A stretch of 64,000 nt of DNA from Candidatus Poribacteria bacterium (lineage in GTDB: Bacteria; Poribacteria; WGA-4E; WGA-3G): assembly GCA_965205015.1 (NCBI GenBank), contig OZ242029.1, forward strand, positions 1,472,001 through 1,536,000, given 5' to 3'. The position numbers and the translations under genes are program-made. Positions within the stretch are counted from its first letter, which is position 1. Every line of letters starts with the position of its first letter. Below the pieces are notes generated by a model, which was given only the letters and a program-made list of their open reading frames with translations, was not told where the DNA came from and did not search any database. Positions 18,002-28,099 of the stretch are shown in pieces.

Positions 18002-21000
18002 TTATTGCGACAAAGACTCGTAGTAATCATCAACAAGTCTACGGTACTCAGGTGGAACATCTTCCCTTGCGACTTGAGCGAGCCGTTTTTTCTCTTGGAG
18101 CGTGTTAAGCCGCTCTTCGAGCGCGGATTCCAGCTGATCAAGATCCCTAATAACGAGGTCATAGTTAGGGAATGGATTTGAGCGATTTCCGGGTCGATAG
18201 TCCATTGTATCAAGCATACCGAGCCAGAGTCTTTCAATCTCCCTGTTTGACTCCCTGCCCCCTGTACGGGAAACCTCCTGATCTGCGGGTTCATCGGAAC
18301 CAGGTTGGTTCCCACTTTGTCGTTGCATCGCCTCCTGTGCGCGTTGCATCTGCTCTTGAATTTGTTGTTGTTGCTCTGCGAGCTGCTCCCGCCGACGCTG
18401 TTGTTCTTCCGTCTGCTCCTGACCTTCCATCGCTTGAAGTTCGCGTTGGATGTCCTGCATCCGTTCTCGCGCCTGTTGGAGTTGTTCAAGTGCAGCTTCA
18501 AGTTGTTCTTCTTCGGTATTCGCCATATTGGCTCGCGCCTGCTGCAGATCCCCTTGTGTCTGTTCCAATGTATCTAAGACCTCTTGCTGATTCTGGTCAG
18601 CGGCTCGGAAACTCCGCCATTGCAAGGCGCGTTGCGCAGTCGCCATATCTCCCGTAGTCTGTTCTTCAGCGAGTCGTCTTGTCGCATCCGCTACATTTTG
18701 GGAGGCTTCTGGATTGTCTGGAGCGAGTTGTTCTTGAATGTTTCTCAGTGTGCGCTCAAGTGTCTCCAGATTGCGCTGAAGTTCGCGCTGCTGATTGGCG
18801 AGCTCAGACGCTTTTCGGAAATCTTCAGGACGCATCTCTGATTGCTGAGAACGCCCCCTGAGTTCCTGTGTCTGTTGCTGAACATCAGACTGTGTTTCTG
18901 TCAACTCCTGAAGTTGTTGAGAGGCTCTATCAAGCGCGGCATCTGTGTATTCTGCGGCGACCTTCTCTAACTGCTCAATGGCTTCCTGAAGTCTTTCTTC
19001 CGCCTTTTGCCCTTTGGCAGCACTCAACTGCGGTTCCTCCTGTTGCATGCCTTGTGCGGCTTCGTCCATCTGCTCACCCGCTTGTTGCATCGCTTGTCCG
19101 GCTTGGTTTAGGCGTTGCCCTTGGGTACTTTGCCCATTTTGTTGCATGGTGTCGAGCTGCTGCGCCATCCGTTGTGCTTGTTGCGCCAACTGTCCCTGTT
19201 GTTGACTGTTCTGCTGCATCTCACTCGGCGAGGGTTGATCTTCACGTCCTAACTGTTGGCTTTGTTGGCTCAACTGCTGCTGTTCCCCTAACATCTGACG
19301 CGCCTGATCTAACATCTCCTGCGTCTGCTCTTGCATCTCCGTGTCGAGTTCGTTCTGCTGATTCTCAAGCTCACTTTGCAGTTCCTCCATTTCAAGCTCA
19401 AGGTTCTCAGCGAGTTGAGGATTACTGTTCCGCATCTGCATCAGTACTTTGGGGATCTCAAGACTCACTTTTATCAGGAGTTCAAGGGCTTCCTGTTCCG
19501 GTGGAATCGCTTCATCGGGACGGACAGCGTTCAAACTATCGCTCGCTTCACCCATTTTGTCTATTGCGTCCTCCAAGTTCATCAGAATCTCAGGCGTGAC
19601 AGCGGATTCCCCTTGCATCGCAGCACTAAATTCATCTACAACTCGCTGCGTCTTATCCTTTAACTCGGTTTGTCTTTCGCCCGTTTTCCTGACTGCAGCC
19701 TGATATGTTTCGGTAATCGCTGCAGGTTTCGTGAGAACGTGCCTCGATGTCTCTCGGATAATCTCCTTCTGTGAGCTAATTACATCCAAAAGCGGATTCG
19801 GCTCAGCCTCCCCCGGCTGGCCTTCGCTTTCGCCTTCATGGAAATCCTCATTAAAGGGACGAATTTCAATGAAATAAATCTCGCTACTGGCTTCGCCGGG
19901 ACCGGTGCGCGTGTTATTATCGGTCGCGTGCGCGTAGTAGGAGATAATATCGCCCGGTTCAACGTCAAATTCCTCCAGATAGAAGGTATAGGTCCCCTCT
20001 GCATACTCGCTTTCAGGTAAGAGGTTTTCGTTACTGACGGAAACCGATTCTTTCGAGGATTCCATCACGAGTTCCTGTAATTCATCGGATCCAACGCGAT
20101 ACATGAGTTTTAATTCTGCAACGCCGTAGTCATCTGTTGCTTCAGCAATGATTTCCACCTCATCTAACTTCGTAGCTTTCACATCTCGACCCGGTTCCTT
20201 GATAACGACCTCTGGAACGGCATCCGGAATGGCTTTAATCATGTATTCGATCGGTATCTCGTTGTTGAACCCATCAATACATAGCAGTTGAATAGCATAA
20301 CTCCCATCCTCGACAACATCTATAGGGGTCGTCAGCGTGTTTCCATTAGAAATAATCATTTGGCTATCGGCGGAATAGAGGTCAGCAGTCAGGTCGGGTT
20401 GCTGATCACTGACCGCTTTTCGGCTGATGGCTATTGACGCAGTTTGAATCGCTTTGTTGGTGATAAGCTTTATCTCTGCTTGCGTACCGACGACAGCCCG
20501 AATATCCCCTGTCCCCGTTTGCACAACAGGTTTAAGACCCGTATAGTCAGGATACGTATAAGCGACCGAAATTTCAGTCACCTTCGGCATTTCAAAAACC
20601 TCAACAGTGTAGCGTTCTGAAATCGTCTCGTTCGCAACGACATAGTATTCCATATCGGCATCAATGTTGAAAATTTCATAGGCAAACCCGCGTTTATCGT
20701 CCGGATTTTGCAGCATGCCAATCATAGTTTTGGACTGTTGTTCGTCTGTGTTAACCTCGGATGTGGAGGGTTGCTGCGCGCCAATATCCCCATACGTCAA
20801 GACGACCTTTCCAGCAGATTTACCGGTGACAGTGACATGAATCGGCAGGCTCTTGCCGCGGAGGATACGTGCATTTCCCGGTTCAACAGTGAGTCTGGTT
20901 GTCAAAACCGGATCCGTTTTCTCCCAAGGGACCAATACACGGAGCAGGCTGGTATGGATTTCTGTCGGAAATAACAATGAAAGGATAACACAACCGACAA

Positions 21001-21481
21001 TAACCAAAGTCGCAATGCCGACATGCTTACGGGTTTGACTGTGATCGATCGTTGCTTTGAAATTGATACCTTTTACACGCGCAACGGTATCCTCAAGCAA
21101 ACGTTGAAGCATGTGTGCCTCAATCGGATCCGCCGATTCTCGGTTTCCGAATTCGATGGCACTCACCAGCCTATCTTCCAGGTCGGGATGATTGCGTTCA
21201 ACGTTAAGGGCGACATCCCGGAGCGTAAGCGATGCCCGGAGCGGTTGAATGAGATACTTATACAACAGGTAACCGATAACACCTGCCCCGATAACTAACA
21301 AAGCGATGCGTACAGCACTCGGGAGCGGCATCAGCCAATCAACGATAGCTTCACCCACAAACAGAGCGATAACACCCGTCAGGACAATAGCAAATCCTGT
21401 CCAGAAGAGGCTGCGTTTCCAGACGCGCCGTGCGTCTAAAACTCTCGTTTGTAATTCCGTATAATTTTCTTTTGTATTCAC
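18002..21481 (-). CDS. Large DUF4175-like membrane-anchored protein with Ig-like region and Q/E-rich coiled coil
   Basis: N-terminal TMs, PDLEDRLVSA, YPDYTG, ATDDYGV, C-terminal VPPEYRRLVDDYYESL. Confidence 0.8.
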   Translation of the reverse strand: MNTKENYTELQTRVLDARRVWKRSLFWTGFAIVLTGVIALFVGEAIVDWLMPLPSAVRIALLVIGAGVIGYLLYKYLIQPLRASLTLRDVALNVERNHPDLEDRLVSAIEFGNRESADPIEAHMLQRLLEDTVARVKGINFKATIDHSQTRKHVGIATLVIVGCVILSLLFPTEIHTSLLRVLVPWEKTDPVLTTRLTVEPGNARILRGKSLPIHVTVTGKSAGKVVLTYGDIGAQQPSTSEVNTDEQQSKTMIGMLQNPDDKRGFAYEIFNIDADMEYYVVANETISERYTVEVFEMPKVTEISVAYTYPDYTGLKPVVQTGTGDIRAVVGTQAEIKLITNKAIQTASIAISRKAVSDQQPDLTADLYSADSQMIISNGNTLTTPIDVVEDGSYAIQLLCIDGFNNEIPIEYMIKAIPDAVPEVVIKEPGRDVKATKLDEVEIIAEATDDYGVAELKLMYRVGSDELQELVMESSKESVSVSNENLLPESEYAEGTYTFYLEEFDVEPGDIISYYAHATDNNTRTGPGEASSEIYFIEIRPFNEDFHEGESEGQPGEAEPNPLLDVISSQKEIIRETSRHVLTKPAAITETYQAAVRKTGERQTELKDKTQRVVDEFSAAMQGESAVTPEILMNLEDAIDKMGEASDSLNAVRPDEAIPPEQEALELLIKVSLEIPKVLMQMRNSNPQLAENLELEMEELQSELENQQNELDTEMQEQTQEMLDQARQMLGEQQQLSQQSQQLGREDQPSPSEMQQNSQQQGQLAQQAQRMAQQLDTMQQNGQSTQGQRLNQAGQAMQQAGEQMDEAAQGMQQEEPQLSAAKGQKAEERLQEAIEQLEKVAAEYTDAALDRASQQLQELTETQSDVQQQTQELRGRSQQSEMRPEDFRKASELANQQRELQRNLETLERTLRNIQEQLAPDNPEASQNVADATRRLAEEQTTGDMATAQRALQWRSFRAADQNQQEVLDTLEQTQGDLQQARANMANTEEEQLEAALEQLQQARERMQDIQRELQAMEGQEQTEEQQRRREQLAEQQQQIQEQMQRAQEAMQRQSGNQPGSDEPADQEVSRTGGRESNREIERLWLGMLDTMDYRPGNRSNPFPNYDLVIRDLDQLESALEERLNTLQEKKRLAQVAREDVPPEYRRLVDDYYESLSQ

Positions 21482-21615
21482 CAGTCGCCTCCAGTTATGT
21501 TTTGCATAGGAACGGTCTTCGTGTCAGTTTCTACAGTTTCCACCTGTCATTTGTCGCGTGCTGTTCACAGTGAACTGTAGCGTATCACTCGCAAATTGCG
21601 TAAGCCCCAATATAC

Positions 21616-22293
21616 TTAGGAGGCAAAGAGGACTTCAGACAGAACCATGAGTATCCACAGAATCACCGCAGCGATACGGGATCTGGTCTTTTCCATATCA
21701 GCAAGCGCGGCGATTGCTATTGCTATCACTGCGATTAGCCATAGACTCAGCGGATTCATGTGACTGAGGAACACCAATAACTTAGTGTTTGCCCCAGAAT
21801 CAAACAGCATGTGGAGTCCCGGGATCATTTTGAAGTCCACTCCGCTTTTGACATCTCCCACGTCTCTAAAAACAAGTAAGAGTGCGGTGTTGACGAGCTG
21901 TATGACGCAATTGATCAACGAAATATGGATAACAGCGGCGTAGATATGCTGGAACCTTAATGTCTCATTTTTTAGCAGATATCGCGCGCCTAATTTGAGG
22001 AGAGCACTGCCAACGATAAACCCTACCACCGTAAAAAGCGGGCCCAGAAAGATGATAAGCGCTCCCATAACCCGGGCGATGGTTTGAAGTTGTTCGGAAG
22101 GTGCATCCCCCTCTGCCATGCCTTTAGACATCAATTGTTGCATGTAAGGCGCGATAGCCCACAACAGTAGAACAGAAAATAGGTAGAAGATAACAAAGGC
22201 GACTCCCGACCTCGGTTGGGATTTAAGACGTGTAAAGGTACTCCTTGGCTCAGCGACGAGGTCCCCGATGTTCTGTAAACTCTCGTTCATCAT
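21616..22293 (-). CDS. Yip1-family membrane protein
   Basis: EPRSTFTRLKSQP start, about five TM helices, NPLSLW motif. Confidence 0.7.
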   Translation of the reverse strand: MMNESLQNIGDLVAEPRSTFTRLKSQPRSGVAFVIFYLFSVLLLWAIAPYMQQLMSKGMAEGDAPSEQLQTIARVMGALIIFLGPLFTVVGFIVGSALLKLGARYLLKNETLRFQHIYAAVIHISLINCVIQLVNTALLLVFRDVGDVKSGVDFKMIPGLHMLFDSGANTKLLVFLSHMNPLSLWLIAVIAIAIAALADMEKTRSRIAAVILWILMVLSEVLFAS

Positions 22294-22403
22294 TTTTTCC
22301 TACAGATTAGACAAGATTTTCTTGAAATTGATTGTAACCCCTTTTTAAACTGCCCTAAACTTTTCAGTAGCAACTATTGGGACATCTATCCTACAGAAAA
22401 ATC

Positions 22404-23582
22404 TCAATCAGAAGTTTGTTCATACAGTTTACTTTTTTCTACCTCTAACTGTGCCTTCTGCCAACTGTAATCGACACCGCCGTCATAGAATTTATCCGGA
22501 TGCTCCACTGCCCAAATTTGTTTATGAATAATCCAGTTCTGCGGGTCTAATGCCAAAGCCTTCCGCCATTCCGCCATCGCCTCTTCTTTTTTACCGACCT
22601 CCAACAAGACCAGACCCAGTTGGAAACGTGCAGTAGCTTCAGTAGTCGTTTGCGCATTTAGCGTATCTAAGGGTTTCGCATCATGGAGCAATTTCGCATT
22701 ATAATCGGGGTCTGACAACCATTTTTCAAGCATTGCGAGGGTTTCTTGATCTGCGACATTGATGTTGAACGGTCCTTTTACCAATCGCCCTGCTTCATCA
22801 ACCATAACACCATACGGAATCGCTTTGAGGTCATAGCGGTTTCCGAACGTATTTTGTGAATCAACGAGCGTGACAAAATCGGCGTTTGCCGCCTGATGCC
22901 AAGGGCGTACGACGGATGCGCCTTGTGCATCAAGCGCAATAGAGACAAGGTTTAACGTCTCGCGGTGTTTGGCATAAAACCTCTGCCAGCCTGGCAGTTG
23001 TTCACGACACCCTCACCACGATCCCCAAACATAGAGGAGTGTCTTTTTTCCTCTGAAATCGCGTAAGCGTTTTGGCGTCCCTTCAAGGTCGGGGAGCGTA
23101 AATTCGGGAGCGAAGTGCATGGGTTGAACAACCTCTAACCGATTTGCTGATACTTCGTAGACTTCAAAGCCGAAGGGTTCCGCGACAAGCACCGGTTGGA
23201 CATAAGTTACGCCATCAATATCAACAACACCCTTCTTACTATCTTCGAATTCGAGGGGCACACAGAGTTCCGATGCTACACCGCCGCAGAGAACCACCAT
23301 CTTTGCACCTTCCGGGTACTCAACCTTTAACCCGAGCCGTTTGGCGAAAGGTTCCAAAGGCACGAACCAATTACCATCTTCAAGAATAGGAGGTGCGGCA
23401 AATCTGAAAGGTTGGGCATCTATCGAAATATGAAAATCCTTTTTGTTCATATTCCCCTCTTCGGTCACCCCCATCCATACACCTACTGTACAGGTCAACG
23501 CCGCTACCAACATTGCGAACCATGTTACAATAGGGCGCAACTTGGAAGGGCGCAACTTGGAAGCCAGCATTGCAATAATCAT
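22404..23582 (-). CDS. TlpA/ResA-like redoxin selenoprotein (WGSW-U-GC motif) with C-terminal TPR
   Basis: The ORF-track pieces 23013-23582 and 22404-22805 are in one frame, separated only by TGA at 23013-23015. Read-through gives APEFTLPDLEG...LYVWGSW-U-GCREQLPGWQRFY...VSIALD...AIPYGVMVDEAGR, a complete thioredoxin fold. The start could be ATG 23450. Confidence 0.88.
22983..22997 (-). promoter_or_regulatory. Putative bacterial SECIS hairpin
   Basis: CTGCCA-GGC-TGGCAG perfect stem starting 15 nt after the in-frame UGA, with G in the apical loop. Confidence 0.75.
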
Positions 23583-23947
23583 TGTGTTTTTTTCTCTCGA
23601 TGTTCTGAATCGTAGATCAGAAATTTAATGATTTCTTCCGCGGTCTTTGGCGTAAGCCCTGAACCCGGTTTCCGCATCATCTTATAGACATATTTTCGCC
23701 ATTCCGCTGCGGCAAAAGTCGAATTAATCGGGCGTGCAACGGTATGGCATCGGCTACATTTACGGGCAAAAAGTTCGTAAGCCTCCTGCATCTTGGGCGG
23801 ATAGGTGGTAACATCAATAAAGTTGGGTCCCTTATCCGCGGGATAGGTTTTAGGTACCGCCCGCGGGGCGCGCAAGGCGTAAATCATCCCAATCCCAACG
23901 AGGAGGATAACCCCCAAGACAGTAAACCAGACGATTGTGTTTTGCAT
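23579..23947 (-). CDS. Membrane-anchored monohaem c-type cytochrome
   Basis: N-terminal TM, CSRCH haem motif, MMRKPGSG candidate distal Met; ATGA overlap with the selenoprotein ORF. Confidence 0.8.
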   Translation of the reverse strand: MQNTIVWFTVLGVILLVGIGMIYALRAPRAVPKTYPADKGPNFIDVTTYPPKMQEAYELFARKCSRCHTVARPINSTFAAAEWRKYVYKMMRKPGSGLTPKTAEEIIKFLIYDSEHREKKTQ

Positions 23948-24021
23948 GTTTATCGGCGGTCATCCATCAGCGTATTGGCTATCGGCTTTTAGAAAAAGGA
24001 CCTTTTTGCTGACGGCTATTC

Positions 24022-25866
24022 TTACTGAAGACTTTTAACTTTTTCCACAATAGTGTCGGCACTAATGCCGTGATGTTCCAAAAGTTCTTCCGGTTTCCCT
24101 GACCTCGGCACTCCTGTAACTGCGAGTTTGTAGACGCAGACGCCTTCAGTTGCCACAGCATCAAGGACAGCATCACCGAGACCACCTTCAGGATAATGGT
24201 CTTCAACGGTGATTAGGGTGTTGCTTGTCTCAGATGCCGCCTTTCGTAGTGCGTCCTTATCAATCGGCTTGATAGAATAGAGATCTATAATTCGGACGGC
24301 AATCCCTTCTTGCGCAAGTATTTCATGTGCTTTCAACGCTTCGTGAAGGGCAACACCTGCGGCAACAACGGTCGCCTTATCTTCACCACTTTCCCGAATA
24401 ACTTTACATCCACCGATTGGGAAACTCTCATTAGCATCGTAGAGGATAGCGGTTTTTGGACGTGAGGTGCGGAGGTAAACAATCCCTTCGTATGCAGCAG
24501 CTTCTGAGACGAGCCGTTCCGCGGCAACCGCGTCGCTTGGATACAGCACGACCGCTCCCGGAATTGCGCGGAACATCGCGATGTCCTCTAAACCCATCTG
24601 TGAGGGACCATCTTCACCAATAGAGACGCCACAGTGTGAACCGGCATATTTAATATTCGCTTGTGAGATCGCAGACATCCGAATCTGATCATAGGCACGG
24701 GATAAAAAGGCAGCAAACGTGGAGACAAACGGAATCTTCCCGCGTTTCGCCAAACCGATGCCAGCACCGACCAAATTTTGTTCCGCGATAAACATCTCGA
24801 AATAGCGATTCGGATGGAGGTCCATAAATTGTTCAGCATACGTGGAATTTTTAGTGTCCCCGTCCAAGGCGACAACAGTGGGATTCACGCTGCCGAGTTT
24901 TGCCAAACCTGCGCCGTAGCCACTCCGCGTTGCGACTTCTTCGTCCACCGGATAGTCAGGCGGTTCACATTCAGTTAGGGTTGAACCATCGGTACTCGCA
25001 TTTATAGGATTCGGGGCTTCAATCTGAACGGGAACCTCCACATGCAACGGACCGAGTTCAGCTAAAGCCTTATCAAGTTCGTCACCCTCGGCAAGTGCTT
25101 TTCCGTGCCAGTTGTCGGCGTTTTCAAGGAACGAAACCCCTTTCCCCTTAAAAGTTTTGGCGACTATCATCGTCGGTTTCTCGTCCGAAACCTTCGCCTC
25201 GTCGAGTGCGGGAAGGATTTCATCAAAATCGTGTCCATCAATGCCGATGGCTTGCCAACCAAACGCCTCAAAACGCTGACAATAGGTATCAACATCGAAG
25301 GCATACATTGTCCGCTGACTCTGTCCAAGCGCATTTACATCCACAATCCCAATCAAATTATTAAGTTTGTAGTGCGATGCCAAAGCAGCCGCCTCCCAGA
25401 CGCCACCTTCGGCAGTCTCGCCATCACCAAGGAGGACATACACCCGGTAGTCAGCATTGTCTAAGTATTTGCCATTGAGAGCCATGCCGAGTCCAAGCGA
25501 TAAGCCCTGTCCAAGGGATCCAGTTGCGACTTCTGTCCATTCGAACCGAGGGGTCGGATGCCCCTCGAAAATGCTATCAATTTGTCGTAGTGTGCGCAGT
25601 TTCTCGGTTGGAATAATCCCGGCTTCCGCGTAAGCCGCGTAAAGCAGTGGTGCGGCATGTCCTTTGGACAAGATGAATCTATCGTTGTTGGGGTTCTGCG
25701 CATCGGTCGTGTCATAACGCATGGCGTGAAAAAAGAGTGCTGAGACGATATCCGCAGCCGAGAGACACGTGGTTGGATGTCCAGAACCCGCCTCCGATGT
25801 AGAGATGACGGAATGAATGCGTAGGTTAGTCGCTTTCTGTTTGAGAAAATTTTTCAAGGTTTCCAC
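24022..25866 (-). CDS. tkt: Transketolase (single-chain, ~614-aa type)
   Basis: SGHPT, LSKGHAAP, TGSLGQG, GDGE..EG ThDP motif, IAEQN, GEDGPSQM, EDHY. Confidence 0.95.
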   Translation of the reverse strand: METLKNFLKQKATNLRIHSVISTSEAGSGHPTTCLSAADIVSALFFHAMRYDTTDAQNPNNDRFILSKGHAAPLLYAAYAEAGIIPTEKLRTLRQIDSIFEGHPTPRFEWTEVATGSLGQGLSLGLGMALNGKYLDNADYRVYVLLGDGETAEGGVWEAAALASHYKLNNLIGIVDVNALGQSQRTMYAFDVDTYCQRFEAFGWQAIGIDGHDFDEILPALDEAKVSDEKPTMIVAKTFKGKGVSFLENADNWHGKALAEGDELDKALAELGPLHVEVPVQIEAPNPINASTDGSTLTECEPPDYPVDEEVATRSGYGAGLAKLGSVNPTVVALDGDTKNSTYAEQFMDLHPNRYFEMFIAEQNLVGAGIGLAKRGKIPFVSTFAAFLSRAYDQIRMSAISQANIKYAGSHCGVSIGEDGPSQMGLEDIAMFRAIPGAVVLYPSDAVAAERLVSEAAAYEGIVYLRTSRPKTAILYDANESFPIGGCKVIRESGEDKATVVAAGVALHEALKAHEILAQEGIAVRIIDLYSIKPIDKDALRKAASETSNTLITVEDHYPEGGLGDAVLDAVATEGVCVYKLAVTGVPRSGKPEELLEHHGISADTIVEKVKSLQ

Positions 25867-25939
25867 AAATTTTGCTAATCCTTTTTAGTAGTTGCGGGTT
25901 TTCGTAGAAAACCCGTACTGATAACCCTTCCTCTGACGG

Positions 25940-26656
25940 CTATTTTGGGTTCAACTGAGTCGCTCGTCGCTCTGCGGCTAACGAAAGATAATGTTCTTGA
26001 CACGTCTGGATGAGATTCTCAAAAGTTACAATGGCTTGCGGGATGTCTTGCATTTTGACGTACGCTTCTGCTTGCCAGTACATCGCCTTGGCTACAATCG
26101 AATTGGAATTTGTCACATTCTCCGGCGTGCCTTGGGCTTCGTTTTCTATAGCCTCCGCAAATTTTTCGATTGCGCGTTGATAATCTTTCTCCTCATAGTA
26201 GGCTTTCAGAGCATCTGCATAAGCGAAATTGTTTTGTTCCTGTGGTCGTAAAAATTCAACTTCAACCGGAGGTAATTCCAGCGGGGGGACCGCCTCTAAA
26301 TCTGCTTCGTCCGGTAATGCCTCTATTGCTTCTAAATCTTCTTCGTCTGGTAATGCATCTATCGCTTCAGCGAGTCGTTGTTCGTATGATTCAGTGTCAT
26401 CGCTACCTCTTTCTTTCGGAGTGTCTTCCTTTTCATCTTCAGGCTCTTCCACTGCCTCTTCATCTTCATCCTCTTCTACTTCCTCAACTGCTGCGGCTTC
26501 ACGAAATGCGTGAGAGAGTGCAGTAGCAGAATCCTCTAAATCATCTTCCAAATCAACGACATCAGCATCCTCTTCATCCAGATAGGAATCCTGTGATTCA
26601 TCATCAAAATCGTCTATTTCGTCAAAGTCGTCTGTTTCGTCAAAACTAAATACCAT
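25940..26656 (-). CDS. Protein with very acidic N-terminus and C-terminal TPR pair (CpoB/BamD-like)
   Basis: D/E-rich first 120 aa; YADALKAYYEEKDYQRAIEKF and AKAMYWQAEAY TPR helices; internal repeat (EAIxALPDExDL)x2. Confidence 0.7.
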   Translation of the reverse strand: MVFSFDETDDFDEIDDFDDESQDSYLDEEDADVVDLEDDLEDSATALSHAFREAAAVEEVEEDEDEEAVEEPEDEKEDTPKERGSDDTESYEQRLAEAIDALPDEEDLEAIEALPDEADLEAVPPLELPPVEVEFLRPQEQNNFAYADALKAYYEEKDYQRAIEKFAEAIENEAQGTPENVTNSNSIVAKAMYWQAEAYVKMQDIPQAIVTFENLIQTCQEHYLSLAAERRATQLNPK

Positions 26657-26680
26657 TCGTTCCTCCAGATTTCTGTTTTT

Positions 26681-26823
26681 TCAGTTGTCAGTAATCGGAA
26701 GAAGGGTTGTCGGTTACAAGAGGAAACCTTTGTTAAACGAAACCTCTTTACCGATAACTGAAAGGGTTTTCGTAGAAAATCCGAGTCGATAACCGACAAC
26801 CATAAAACCGATAATTGATAATC
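26681..26823. repeat. Heptamer-flanked palindromic repeat family copy
   Basis: TCAGTTGTCAGTAATCGG...AAGAGG...AACGAAACCTCTT...GGGTTTTCGTAGAAAATCC...ACCGATA/ACCGACA heptamers. Confidence 0.7.
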
Positions 26824-26825
26824 AC

Positions 26826-27650
26826 TTAGTACTTGATTTTCACATCTGCCCAAGTGGTTGCCACCTTGTCAGCAGGATCAATCGCTAAGGCTGAATGCAT
26901 ACCGTTCAACAACTCTTCAATATCCGCTTGCGCCAAAGCGACATCGAAGATTACAACCTCATCAATAGTCGCTGCACCGTAGCGTGCGCCACCACAGCAA
27001 TCATCAAATCCGATATTGACGGGACCGCTATCGGCATCAATGGGATTCTTAGCCAAATCTAATGTACTGGCTTCTTCCGCATCAATATAGATAGCCCACT
27101 TACCGGTTTTACTATCAAAAGTGGTTGTGTACATGTGCCACTTGGTAATATCTTTGGTGCCAACATTACCGTCATTCCAACCGCCGGGTTTATTCCAGCA
27201 GCCTCCGTTGCAAATGGGCCAAGCAATATTTTTTGTTCCTTGATTGGGATGGATGATATAGGCGTTCCGCTTTTCAACCATCCAGCCGTGTTGGTTCCAA
27301 GTATCCCCTGCACTCTTCGCCCAAGCTGAGACCGTGATTGCCTGAGTTGGATTATCATGCTCGACGATCTGAACGTAAGCACCTTTACCATCAAATTCAA
27401 GTGCTTGCCCAAACTGTCCCTTAACCCATTTCGGCTTACCTTTGAAGTCCCCATCCAGTCCATTTCCTGAGTCATCGGTTGCCATATTTCCTTTGCCCGC
27501 ATCAAAAAGCCACATCCCGACAATCGTATCAGGGTCGATCTCGGCAGAGGTGGTGGAGACGCACAATACACCAACCCCAAAAAGACTGAAACACACGAGG
27601 ACTAAGCTTACAAGCAAAAATTTGCTGCCAGAAATAATACTGAAATTCAT
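26826..27650 (-). CDS. Secreted LamG domain protein with conserved C-terminal motif
   Basis: Signal peptide, GMWLFD...GQFGQALEFDG, WHMYTTTFD, IDEVVIFD; ends LAIDPADKVATTWADVK. Confidence 0.88.
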   Translation of the reverse strand: MNFSIISGSKFLLVSLVLVCFSLFGVGVLCVSTTSAEIDPDTIVGMWLFDAGKGNMATDDSGNGLDGDFKGKPKWVKGQFGQALEFDGKGAYVQIVEHDNPTQAITVSAWAKSAGDTWNQHGWMVEKRNAYIIHPNQGTKNIAWPICNGGCWNKPGGWNDGNVGTKDITKWHMYTTTFDSKTGKWAIYIDAEEASTLDLAKNPIDADSGPVNIGFDDCCGGARYGAATIDEVVIFDVALAQADIEELLNGMHSALAIDPADKVATTWADVKIKY

Positions 27651-27767
27651 TTTTACCTCCTGCTCAATATTACAAACTCAAGGACTGTATACACATATCT
27701 GTGCGATTTACACGGACACCCCAACTGCGGGGAAGTATAAATCGCCGCTAAAATATCACATACATCT

Positions 27768-27796
27768 ATCATATCAGATTCACAGATACATGTCAA
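27768..27796 (-). promoter_or_regulatory. Sigma70-type promoter (leftward)
   Basis: Minus strand TTGACA-N17-TATGAT upstream of the long minus-strand gene run. Confidence 0.65.
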
Positions 27797-27988
27797 GAAA
27801 AATTGAAATTCAGGTAGGGTCATTTCGTTTTAAGAAATTATTGAGTTTCTCGCCTTTTTTCAACGATCCGGTGTCCCTTCCCCGTAACGGGTGGGAACCC
27901 TGGTTAGAAAACCGCACCTACCGGCCCGGGGATCAAAAACGTCTAAAAAACGGAAAACGAAATAGCCCTAACTATATCTAAAAAATCG

Positions 27989-28016
27989 TTGACATGACAG
28001 GAATTTTCATTATAAT
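27989..28016 (+). promoter_or_regulatory. Sigma70-type promoter (rightward)
   Basis: TTGACA-N16-TATAAT, both hexamers consensus. Confidence 0.7.
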
Positions 28017-28099
28017 GTTTCCATACACTTATCTTAACATAGAGGAATTCAGGGTGTTTTTGCTTGGGCGTTTCCCCAGAAACCCCTCCCACAGGAAAT

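Noticed and set aside
17941-19703. Many overlapping alternative ORFs
   Set aside because: By-products of the low-complexity Q/E-rich coding sequence of the 1159-aa gene.
22404-22805. Separate 133-aa TPR gene and 189-aa gene (23013-23582)
   Set aside because: Better explained as one selenoprotein read through UGA.
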